A stretch of 64,000 bases of DNA, from contig JALDZS010000001.1 of NCBI GenBank assembly GCA_022813965.1, positions 248,001-312,000 on the forward strand. The letters run 5' to 3'. Of the stretch, positions 13,790 to 25,099 are shown piece by piece; positions within the stretch are counted from its first letter, which is position 1; each line of letters begins with the position of its first letter. This DNA is from Toensbergia leucococca (Eukaryota). A program made the position numbers and the translations under genes. The notes beneath the pieces are model-generated. The model saw only the letters and a program-made list of their open reading frames with translations, was not told the origin of the DNA and searched no databases.

Positions 13790-14190
13790 AATTTTTAATG
13801 AAGGTTATCTTACAAACCTGTACGCAAAAGTTATCCTTCAAGATCAAAAGCTTTTAAGGTAGGCTATCCAGCCTCATGCTTGGATAGAGTTTTACCTAGA
13901 GGAAATAAGTTCAGCTGACTAAATGAAAGGAATCAATCAAAGGACCACGCGGTGAATACGAGCGCGGACCCGTGGTCATGTGAAATTCACGTCTGTCCCT
14001 CCTTCCCCCTTCCCCCTTCTCCCTGAAGGAACAACATTGAGAATGGGCGACTGCCTGCTAGGACCTCTCTCTGATTGCTACATGCAATGGAAGGCGAGGT
14101 GATGGGAAACGGATGATCTCATCTGGCACTGTGAAGTGCGGAGAAAGCGGTGACCGCCTCAGATGAGTGCAGCAGGAAGTTCCGCATCCA

Positions 14191-16608
14191 TCAATCAAAT
14201 TCAGTACTTTCTCCTCTCTTCACAGTCCTCTTTACCATGCGATGCTGTAGGTCCCAGCAGCGGATTCCTTGTCCATAACACGTTGGGCAGAGATCAAAGT
14301 CATCTGACTCACAGATGTAGCAATGATAGTAAGCATCAGTTGTTAAAGCGCAGCACTCATCGCAGAAAGTACCACCCCCAGCAGGCAAAGAGGCGTAATC
14401 TCTGATGGCGTCGTTCATAAATTCGTCTCGAACAGAATTTTGCCTCTCAACATCCATGGGGGGAAACAGTGCTGACAACCAAACTGCTGACAACCAAACT
14501 GCTGACGGTCTGTCATTAGGATTCGGCAGGCGGCTCGCTGTGATTAAGTCATTAATATATGACGGAATGCCCACGGAGCAGGGCGGAAGTTCTGTCGGTT
14601 TCATATGACTAGCTGTGCACTGATAACGAGGGACGCTTGTACACACGGCCCTGGTGCAATAGTAACCAAAAGAATCCGATCGGTGTTCGGCAATCAGCAA
14701 AATTGAAAATCCGACCTGAAAAACATCCGTTTGGAAGTTCAAGGGGGTGCTGCTAGGTATCCTGCAAGCACCAAAATTCATCTCCCAGAGTTCTGGTGGT
14801 AAACGGTCTCGTTGCGTGGGCAAATAACTATGTGCACATTCACTTAATTCCAACACTGCTGTACCGTCTGATCTGATACTGATACGATCATTATTCAACG
14901 CACCTATCACAAGCCCTCTAGCATGGACGTTAGACATTGCCGCGACAATCTGCCCAATCCATGACTCCCTAACAGTCCAAGGTATGGGTTTGGACTGGCT
15001 GTTCGCGAGGCTGATGAGTAACTTTAGACTAGGAACACTTGGAGCCTCACATAGATAGCCTTTGATGTGCCTTCTGGTATCGTCGAGGATAACGCCCAAA
15101 AATTGAACAATGCCTCTGCATCCGCGCAAGGACGTAAGTCGCTTCACTTCATCAATAAAGTCATCGAAGAGGTTGTCGCCTTGCATCCCAGAGCGCTCGC
15201 AAACGGTACTTTGCGCTCTGTGAAATCTCGATCCCCTACCCAGACCTGATACCGGTAGCAACTGAGTTGGGCCTTACGGATGACCTGAGACTCTTCAAAT
15301 TGAGGGCACCCAAGATGTTTGATATCTTGAAGTATTTTGTTCTCGTCAGACATATGCCTCTCTAACATGTTTTCGGCCTGTTCTACCCTCATCATATCAG
15401 CGGCAATTTGACCGTTTTCGTTTTCTTTCAAATTTACAAAGACGTTCGTGACAGAGCCAAAGTTCTCAATATCTTGAAGGAGCCTCTGTAGCCGACCTTT
15501 CAATCGTCCTGGAATCTTTCTGTACATCAATCTAATGTTAGCTACGGCCGAGACCTGTATCATGGCTGACGGATCTCTAAAGTTGACAAATGTTGCTATG
15601 ACAATGACCCGCTGCCACCTTCGAGCTTTCTCCTGAAAGGTCACAAAATATCGTTGTGTCCGAGGATGACTCGGTAGCGGCAAAATGGCAGATATACTCA
15701 TCATCTTGTCAGGGAAAGCCGTGTCAAACTGCTCCGGATAAAAAGAAGGCGAGGTTTCCAATAAGTAGTCGGGATGTCCATAAATACTTCCACGTAATCG
15801 CTCGATGGACGAGTTGGGACCATTCACAGAGAATCTCGAAACGAAATTCAGGAAAACATCTACTGTGGACGAGTCATGGCTGGACTGCTGGGTCTGCGCA
15901 ATCGTGGTTCTGAGCTGCTGCATTTGCACGCGCCGTTCGCCCAATCTACGATAGATGCGAACAACTTGCTGGCAAAGCTCACGATCATCTGACATGATAG
16001 AAATATGCGTCTGGTAAACCAAGGAGGTGACAGAATCCAAGATCTGCTCTCCAGAACTACGTGTTGTTGAGATGGCGGAGCTCCTGACCATGGCTAATAT
16101 GCGTATGCTAACAAGTCTGTCAAGTTTTAGCTAAGCTTCAAATATCGTGCTCAACTTCAACATACATTGTTACAGCATTCAAGGCGCTGTTCAGAGTTGA
16201 CTTCATGGTCTCGAGGGGCAGCTGTAAACTCCGAATCTCGCCCTTTGTGAAGATAGCCCACCTTAGCTTCCTGAAGCCCATTGAATCCCCCTTCTGTTCA
16301 AGTTCTTCATGTTTGATCATCAAGTCTGTCAGGACATCTCGACAGTTTCGAAGCGATTCTTCCAGATTGCGGATCTGGAAAAGAATGCCTTCGTCACTCT
16401 CAACAATATCCCTGACGTCCTGCTCGCGTAGAGAAATATCTAGAGAGCGAACTACAGAGAAAAAAGCACGAATGTCCCTTGAAAGACACCGAACATCATG
16501 AGAGGCTTTTCTAACGTTGTCTACGATCTTAATCACGGGTTGTGATATAGCAATCAGCGAGGATAAGACGCCCAAGACGCATCCGATTGCGCTGAATGGA
16601 TCGGCCAT
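14191..16608 (-). pseudogene. HeLo-like/STAND-associated N-terminal helical domain + degenerate protein kinase + ZZ zinc finger; frameshifted near 15190
   Basis: Exon 1 reads MADPFSAIGCVLGVLSSL...; intron ~16109-16166. Kinase remnants are ERK, DEVKRL, IVQFLGV, PPEL, TDVFQVG and DRPSA. ZZ finger CDEC...YHCYICESDDFDLCPTC...C...H. The reading frame shifts inside the kinase N-lobe. Confidence 0.75.
14471..14506. repeat. 15-bp tandem duplication in coding sequence (SAVWL x2)
   Basis: GCTGACAACCAAACT GCTGACAACCAAACT GCTGAC. Confidence 0.9.
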
Positions 16609-17183
16609 TACCGGTCGTCAAGTAAGGCAACACGAGCTTTTGTTTTGAGGTCAATCAGGCGCTCTGTCCTCTCACTCGTCTGAAATACCGGATTGAGCGT
16701 ACGATGGTCGATTCTCTTTTGGAGCTCGGCTCGGAGTCACGCTCATCACTCAGCCAGTAATTTCGTTCGAGAGATGGGATATTTCGCCCTTTAGCATCAA
16801 AGCGATAAAGTCAGTGCTCCATAGTAGTATGCTCAGAACAACATACGAGAGCGGCCGAAGGGAGCCTGGTTTGGGGATTCGGGTTGTCATCGTCCGAATT
16901 CGAGGCGAAGATCAAGAAATCGAGGTTAAGTAAAAGTATTAGCCAATTGATGGCCGGGGACTAACCAGGCTATGATCAACTCATGAACGGGGCGCTGCGG
17001 TGGGCAGCGGTGGCGCACCACAACGCAGTCGACAAAGGTGAAGCAGCCAATCAAGTAAAGTTTTCCCTACCTTCTGACGTTGAAATGCAAGCCTAGATAG
17101 GTACGTACAGAAAAGGAGCCTAGAACAACTTCTTGGAGGGGTTTGAAGCCTGGGCATATCTTGGCAGGAGGACCATTGATTGA

Positions 17184-17648
17184 GCGCATATTTATTCACC
17201 ATTCACCTGCACACATATTGTTCGAAGAGCCTTGCGTGTGTATAATACCCAGGTGGGCATCCTAGGCTTTGACATGTACACTACTAGTCGAAGGTGTGCT
17301 ACCAGCTTAACAAATCAAGAAAAAGTAGAGCCAGCAAAGATGCCTGGATAGCTTTGAACAGTCTTTCTTCCATTCAGAGAGTATCAAGACGAGGGGCTGT
17401 GAACCGGGACGCGAAATCCAGGGGCGAGGCAGCACTCTTTTTGTCAGCTGCGAGGCTGGTATTGAATCGTTCTGAGCTTTACCGATCAACATCTTGGTTG
17501 GTACGGAGCAGGGAGTATCGTAATTTTAATACCAAATAAGGTGTGAACAAGCCTCGTGAAATAGGCGTTCTCGGTCGAAGCTATTCTAAATAAGTATCGC
17601 GAATTGGGCGCGTATTTATTCACTATTCACCTGCACACATATGATTCG
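17184..17648. repeat. 41-bp dispersed direct repeat (17184-17224 and 17608-17648)
   Basis: GCGCATATTTATTCACCATTCACCTGCACACATATTGTTCG versus GCGCGTATTTATTCACTATTCACCTGCACACATATGATTCG; 37 of 41 positions identical. Confidence 0.85.
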
Positions 17649-17742
17649 CGCCTAAATAATCGCGTTCTTGAAAATTATACACTTCGATATTAATTCATAC
17701 CTCAATCCGGTGTGACAGACGACTTGAATATAATACAACATA

Positions 17743-19535
17743 ATGTCTCTCTCAATACCCAGTGCACCCAACGGCGGTCTCTTCAAACAAGGTTATCAAA
17801 AGTAAGGCAGCAGCTCGCACTCGATAGCCTGAGCGAACATCCTACTAAATCTGTCCCTCAGCTATGAATCTGAAGATGGCGCCGTGCTGCGCAACATCGA
17901 AGCATGTCGCGCCATAGCTCAAACAGTCCAGACATCCCTTGGTCCCTATGGTCGCAACAAAATCGTCATAAACCACCTGCAAAAAATGATTCTGACCTCG
18001 GACGCCGCTACTATTCTCCGAGAACTCGATGTTGTACACCCCGCCGCAAAATTGATAGTCATGGCGAGTCAGCAGCAAGAGGCGGAGATGGGCGATGCGA
18101 CCAATATGGTTATTGTTCTGGCAGGAGAGATGCTGAAAAAGGCGGAAGAATTGCTGAGGATGGGACTGAAAACTAGTGATGTTGTGCAAGGTTATGAGAG
18201 GGCGCAACAGGAGGCACTGAGGTGTTTAGACCGTAATATTCTCTCTCACGATGCTTAAGGCTAGCAGAAGAATGTCCGAGTACTAACAGCTTGCTAGAGC
18301 TTGTGGTTGATGGGGTTAAAGATATACGGTCACATTCAGAACTAAGCAAAGCTATACGAACGGTCGTGGCATCAAAACAGAGTGGAAGCGAAGACTTCCT
18401 CGCTGGTATGGTTGCGGAAGCAGTGCTGGCGGTAATGCCCAAGCACCCAGAAAATTTCAACGTAGATAATATCCGCGTCGTCAAGATCATGGGTGGAAGT
18501 CTGGAGCAGAGTAAAGTAGTGAAGGGTATGGTGTTTGGCCGGGAGCCAGATGGCTCGGTCAAGAAGGCAAAGAAAGCGAAAGTCGGCGTATTCTCATGTC
18601 CTATTGATACTAGCCAGACGGAAACCAAGGGCACAGTACTACTACATAATGCCAAAGAGATGATGGATTTCACAAAAGGCGAGGAAAACCAACTAGAGAA
18701 TGCTATCAAAGAGCTACATGACTCCGGCCTGCGAGTTGTCGTAGCAGGCGCCACAGTCGGCGAACTGGCTCTCCACTACCTCAACCGCTTCGGTATTCTC
18801 GTCATCAAGGTCCTCTCCAAATTCGAACTCCGTCGGCTCTGCCGAGTTGTGGGAGCAACACCATTAGCACGTCTCGGCGCGCCTATGCCAGACGAGATGG
18901 GCAAAGTCGACGTCGTCGAGACGCTCGAAATTGGCGGTGACAGAGTCACGGTGTTCCGTCAAGAGAACGACGCCACCCGCACAGCAACGCTGGTCATCCG
19001 CGGCGCAACCCAAAACCATCTCGACGACATAGAGCGGGCCGTAGACGACGGCGTCAACGTCGTCAAGGCCATAACCAGAGACGCAAAGCTTGTACCCGGC
19101 GCGGGAGCCACGGAAATGCAACTCATCGAACGCATATCTGCCTACGGGGAAAGGACGCCCGAAATGTCCCAGTACGCCATCAAAAAATACGCCGAAGCCT
19201 TCGAAGTCATCCCCCGCACGCTGGCCGAGTCGGCGGGTCTGGATGCCACCGAAGTGCTCGCGACGCTATATGCTGCGCACCACAAGGCTGCGAATTCGCA
19301 GGATAGTGACGAGGAGGAGTGGACGATGGGGGTGGATATTGAGAATGAGGACGGCACGGGGACGCTGGATGCCAAGGATGAGGGCATTTTGGATCTGTTG
19401 GTTAGCAAGCAGTGGGCTATTCGGCTGGCGACGGAGGCGGCGAGGACGGTGTTGAGCGTGGATCAGATCATTGTGGCGAGGCAGGCTGGAGGCCCGAAAC
19501 CTCCCGGTCCGAATCCGAATTGGGATGAGGATTGA
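17743..19535 (+). CDS. CCT8: T-complex protein 1 subunit theta
   Basis: MSLSIPSAPNGGLFKQGY, TSLGPYGRNK, EMGDATN, VPGAGATE; ends VDQIIVARQAGGPKPPGPNPNWDED*. Two introns. Confidence 0.97.
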
Positions 19536-20437
19536 GGCGGTGTGTGATATAGTTGTAGTGACGAGTCTTCAATGTAGGATTGTCATGCTACTTCTTTACT
19601 TACGTTCGGGGGATTCGCGGGCGTTGCAGTCACTACGTTGACGGAGACTGGATGGTTTTCAAACGCCTATCCAAAGGTAAATCAAAATCGGATGTTTGCT
19701 AAACATCTTTTCATCAGCCATACTTTCAGTCCTCCTCAATGCCGGCTTACGGGTTCCTTATGAAGGAACAGATTTTTTTGAATACTTTACTGAAATCTAT
19801 CTCTGTTGTTGAGATGGTTTCATGATCACCAGTATTATTAGTTTGAGAGTAATGATGGCTCCATACCTACATGCATACCCCTTATCCCGGAGGCGCATGA
19901 TACCCATCATGATTTCACAACCACACTCTGACATGATTCCCTACCTTCATCGCATGTTATCTCCCTCATAATTGGCGTGCAGTTGAGTAGCAGGTTGAAG
20001 TATCTTCTAGGAAAATATCATGGTTTTTTGGTGCTCTACAGCTATTTCACCCCTGAGCACAACCATCATGATCTCACACTACTCGTACCCTTTCACTTGA
20101 TTTTTCCCCTGAAAATTGACTACAGTCTCAAGGCTTGGAACAATTCCATCATTCACAGATGAAGAGGTAGGATGACGAATGATGAGGTACGCATAGATTT
20201 TTAGAGGGCTGGAACGTGACGATGTTGCACCTGGGTAGGCTCGGAGGGTATGAGTATCAAAGGGAGGTGTCGGTGTATCAATTTCATGATACTGGTAATC
20301 ATGAGCCCGCTTCAGCAATAGTGATACATTTTAGTATAATATTCTGAAAGTGTGTGTGTTCCCGAGGAACTCGCCAGCTTGCTACGTCGAGGTAAGTCGA
20401 GTCTCTAATTAATGCCATTGGTTGTGGACAGGTACTG

Positions 20438-20764
20438 CTATGATGCGAGTCACTGAAAGGCAGAGAACTTACTGGCTTTAAGCAGAGATTTGGACTTGAA
20501 TTTTCTTTATTTTTTAAGGGAGTAACGACGGTCTAATCCTATGCTAATAGCGTCCTTCCATCAACGCTCAATCGAGATGTCGGAACACCTGAGCTGTATT
20601 CTATCATGCGAGTCACTGAGAGGTAGAGAGCTTACTGGCTTTAAGCAGAGATTTGGACTTGTATATTCTTATTTTTCTTAGGGAGATAACGACGGTCTAA
20701 TCCTATGCTAATAGCGTCCTTCCATCAATGCTCAATCGAGATGTCGGAACACCTGAGTTGTATT
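20438..20764. repeat. Tandem duplication of a ~163-bp unit (2 diverged copies)
   Basis: 20438-20600 and 20601-20764 share ATGCGAGTCACTGA...CTTACTGGCTTTAAGCAGAGATTTGGACTTG...GAGATGTCGGAACACCTGAG. Confidence 0.92.
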
Positions 20765-20893
20765 TGGGATACACAAATGCCCTCGAAACATCTTAAAGAA
20801 GATCTTGAACATGGCCGCCCTCGAAAAACCTCGATCTTGGCTGAGTAGGCGTTATACATGGCTCCTATGTTTGCAAAAAACCCATGTTCGAAT

Positions 20894-21651
20894 TCACAAG
20901 ATCATCCCAATCCGAACTTCTCGGTCATATGGATAGCAATTCACAGGGTTCGAAGCACCTGACTGCCTAAGCTTTAAATTTCTTGCCAGGAAACAGTGAA
21001 AACTCACATTCTGTGGTTCCTCTTCACCATAATAAGAACTGTGCCTGATGACGTATCTGACGACTGGACGGGTGTACATGACGAAGGACAGAAAGGCTAT
21101 GAGAAACGTGATACTAATGGCGACAAAAGCGTTACCACTGAGGTCTTTTTTGAATAGGGATACGGAGCAACAAATACATACAGCTCGACAAGAGCTAGAC
21201 ACACGGAAGCATTCCACTTTTGATATGGCGGAGTAAGGAATGCATCACGAAAGTTCTTTGGTTTAGGCTGAATCATGAGACCAAAGATTGTGAACCAGCA
21301 ACAGGTCATCAAAAAGTCGATCATGGGATGGAAGTAACGAGGGACGTAAGGTTCACCAGCGTGAATGGTCTTGTAATAGAATCTTAGGTGAACCATATTC
21401 CCTAACATGCTAAAGATGGAGCCAGTGACTGTGGAATAGGGCCAGCAGGATTAGTGAAATGATCAGAATAGGACAGAACGCGTTGTGAGGAGCTGCTTAC
21501 CTCCAAGAACAACGGGGAGCAAGAGGCCAGTCCAGAAGCCCGGGGCGTAGAGACAATAGAGAGCTAGGTAGATGTAGGGGATAGCGACAATGAATTGAAG
21601 GATCCGAGTGAAGAACTGTAATCGACCAATTGTATGGTAGAGACCCCCCAT
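20894..21651 (-). CDS. Small ~4-TM membrane protein (MARVEL-like)
   Basis: Three ORF-track segments join through GT-AG introns (~21430-21500 and ~21140-21182). Hydrophobic helices include RILQFIVAI, HPMIDFLMTCCWFTIFG and W-N-A-S-V-C-L. Confidence 0.6.
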
Positions 21652-22863
21652 TGGGCTGGTGCTATTGATGAAGCTGGGTTGGACAATGGGTTTGCTGGAC
21701 AGGCTGGGTTGTCTGGTACAGTCTCAGGTGGAATCGGCTGCTACTTGAAATGTTACTGGGAAGTGCAAGCTGTTGATGGTTCATTTGTTCTAAAGTGAAC
21801 GCCTCGCTTGCTCGCTAAGGGTGCCGTACAGAATATTCGGTGTTATTATAGGTAGAGCTTGAGTGTGAATGAAGCTTTTCAATCTTGATCATTGCCACTG
21901 AATCATTCAGGTAATCATGCAACATAGAAAGACAGACACTCGGAAGACTTCCTGGACCGAGAAGTTGAAAACCTGTATTCTCGTGGGAGACAAGTCCGGT
22001 ACGAGTAAAGTATTGAGAGAGATAAAATGACAATTAAACAGGAACATTCAGCAGAGTCATTATCATCTAAATGTATCCATTGGTATTGTGCCTTGGTGGT
22101 CCTTTCTGTCCTTTCCTTCTGGTCTTGTGCCACAAGCGGAGCTGCCAGCTTGAGCATTCACGGTATTGAGATTTATGGCTCAAGTCTTCACTGTCAGCAC
22201 TTGACAGCAGACACAGGCAAGCGCGTGGAGACTAATCTAGACAGCTTCTTTGTGCGGCGCTCCATTCATTTGCTCTTTTCAGAAGCGTCATTACCACAAT
22301 GTCGTCCTCGGTCCTGAAATAGCATTTTGGGCGATGAAAGGAGGGAGGCAAAACGGGACCGGACCCTGGAAAATCTTGTTTGCCAACTGGGATTTCAAGT
22401 GCCACAGCCGGCATCCCCTGTCCTCATTGGATGTTGGCACTACAGCATCATCCGAGAGACTGTGTAGACCATCTCACGAACACCTAAGTCTTTGTGTCTT
22501 GCTCCTTTCGCGTGGAATATTCAACCTCTTCCTACAGCCTTGGGCGACACTCTCCGTGTGTCTCAGGAGCGACATCAAACAGTCCTACCTTTGTTTCCGC
22601 GGAAGGTGCCACCCATAAACGCTTCAAAGAAGCTCAACGAAGGGCGTGATACAGTTGTAGCTTCTACCAGAACCCACGTCTCGATTTTTGGTTTCGCTAT
22701 TGGCCATTTGGTCATACCCGTGCTTAGTGACATGCGCATGCTTCGACCTACCTAACATCTTCACAAGTTCTACCGCTCGTTCCTAGGCTTGACTATACCT
22801 CGACAACCACACTTGAAAGCCGCCTCTATACTCAGGACCTAATTCTATGTTCCGAAGACATTT

Positions 22864-25099
22864 ATGACAGGCCTTTTCTCTAATGGTATGGAACGTCTGA
22901 GCAGCAGAGGCCACCCCCGGCCTTCATCGTTCGATTCAGATGACGAAGGACCTGCACAGACCCGACCTGCTCAAGCATCTGTAAATGTTGGTCGACGGGC
23001 ATCTCGACGAAAAGAACCCATCCAACACTCCCGTCCTAGACCACCTTTGACCCCGACCACCACCATCGCTTCTGCGATACCACAAGCCATACCAAACCCT
23101 CTTCTTCCCTCTGCCCCTGCTTCGCCTCCCACGCCTGCGCCAAGTCCGACTCCTCATCAAAGAGCATTGACCTGGAACAATACAATTGACGATTTTGAGG
23201 ACTCGGTTTTGAGGGACACATTATTGGTCTTCAGCAAGCTCAGCGTTACGGCAAAGGAGAGCTGGTTGACTTCCATAGTCGATGCGTGTGACAGTCATTC
23301 TCTTAGCTTTCTACATCATTTGGTCAGCCCGAGACTGAAGAAAGATCCGTTTCGAGCATTGCCAAACGAGCTGTGTTTCAAGGTAAGTCCTCGAATGCTT
23401 CTGAAGGTATTTTGGCTAATCACTCTTGGCCAGATTCTGGAATTCCTAGACGACCCAAGGACCTTTGTTAGGGCTTCGCAAGTATCACGTCGTTGGCGTG
23501 AAATCATGAGCGATGATCAAGCTTGGAAGACCCTCTGCGAAAAGCACGCTTACCGTAGAATGTCGAACGAGTCCATCTCATCAAGTACGCACAACGGATC
23601 TGTGTTGAGTACGCGGACCGATTTTATCGCACCAGAAACGAGCCCCTCTCGCATTCTCACTCGCAAAGCCTCACCCTCTCCAACGAGTGACAGCAAAGCA
23701 ACAAAAGCCGCGAGGGCCAATGCGTCTTTCTTCGCTGCGGATTCGAATCGTCAGTCCAAGAGACCTTGCCCTCAGTCTTCACATAGACTACACTTTAAGC
23801 ATCGTTTTTTGGTTCAATCGGCATGGAGAAAAGGCGGGCACATGACAGCGCGGCATATCACACCTGACCAAGGCGTCGTGACGAGTCTGCATTTGACGAA
23901 AAAGTACATTGTGGTTGCGCTGGATAATGCTAAGATCCACGTTTTTAATATTAAAGGCGATCATCAGAGAACACTACAGGGGCATGTAATGGGGGTATGG
24001 GCAATGGTTCCGTGGGGGGACATACTCGTTAGTGGTGGATGCGATAGGGAGGTTAGGGTCTGGAACATGGCTACCGGGTATGCTTCGAGGTTTTTTCAAC
24101 TGGCAGTAGACCGAGTTAACGAAGAACACGCAGTGCGAGCTTACACACTCTGCGCGGCCACACCTCCACGGTCCGCTGCCTCAAAATGTCAGACGCCAAC
24201 ACCGCCATCTCTGGCTCTCGAGACACAACTCTACGTATATGGGACATTCCATCCGGCACTTGCACCAATACTCTTGTGGGCCACCAAGCCAGCGTGCGCT
24301 GCTTAGAGATTCACGGCGATTTGGTCGTGTCCGGGAGCTACGACACCACAGCTAAGATCTGGAGCATATCGACCGGGCAATGTCTGCGAACCCTACAGGG
24401 CCATTTCAGCCAGATCTATGCCATTGCGTTTGATGGCGAGAGGATCGCAACGGGAAGCTTAGACACGAGCGTCAGAATATGGAATCCGCATGACGGGTAA
24501 CTAAACCTCCTCTTTCCGACCATCCCCCAAACCAAATCCACCTCATTAACCATCCTCCTTACAGAACCTGCCAAGCCATCCTCCAAGGTCACACCTCTCT
24601 AGTTGGCCAACTCCAAATGCGTGGCAACACCCTCGTGACCGGCGGCAGCGACGGCAGCGTCCGCGTCTGGTCCCTTACCTCCTCCTCGCCTATCCACCGT
24701 CTGGCCGCTCACGACAACAGCGTCACCTCCCTCCAATTCGACGACTCGCGTATTGTCAGCGGCGGCTCCGACGGCCGCGTCAAGATCTGGGATCTGCATT
24801 CAGGAATTTTGGTGAGGGAATTGAGTCAGCCGGCTGAGGCTGTTTGGAGAGTGGCGTTTGAAAGTGAGAAGTGTGTGGTTATGGCTAGTAGGGGGGGAAG
24901 AACGGTTATGGAGGTTTGGGACTTTACACCCCCGGAGGAGGTAGAAGGTGTGGTGGGTGGCCAGGGAGATAGAAAAATGATTGATGTTGGGAGTGAGGAG
25001 ATGGATGATGTTGGGGGTGGAGAGGAGGAAGGGATGCTGGAAGGTGCTTTGAGTGGGGACGAGTCGGAGATTGATGCTGTAGGGGACATGGTGGAGTGA
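22864..25099 (+). CDS. F-box/WD40 SCF substrate receptor (Cdc4/Fbw7-like family)
   Basis: F-box DPFRALPNELCFK|ILEFLD...SQVSRRWREI. About 7 WD repeats (SGGCDREVRVW, SGSRDTTLRIWD, SGSYDTTAKIW, TGSLDTSVRIW, TGGSDGSVRVW, SGGSDGRVKIWD). Start codon uncertain. Confidence 0.92.

Noticed and set aside
13942..13993. Short hairpin GACCACG...CGTGGTC as a Helitron 3' end
   Set aside because: No CTRR terminus at the expected distance and the stem is short.
20438..20600. C/D-box snoRNA in the tandem unit (ATGATG...CTGA)
   Set aside because: The C box is imperfect and absent from copy 2; no terminal stem or recognisable rRNA guide.
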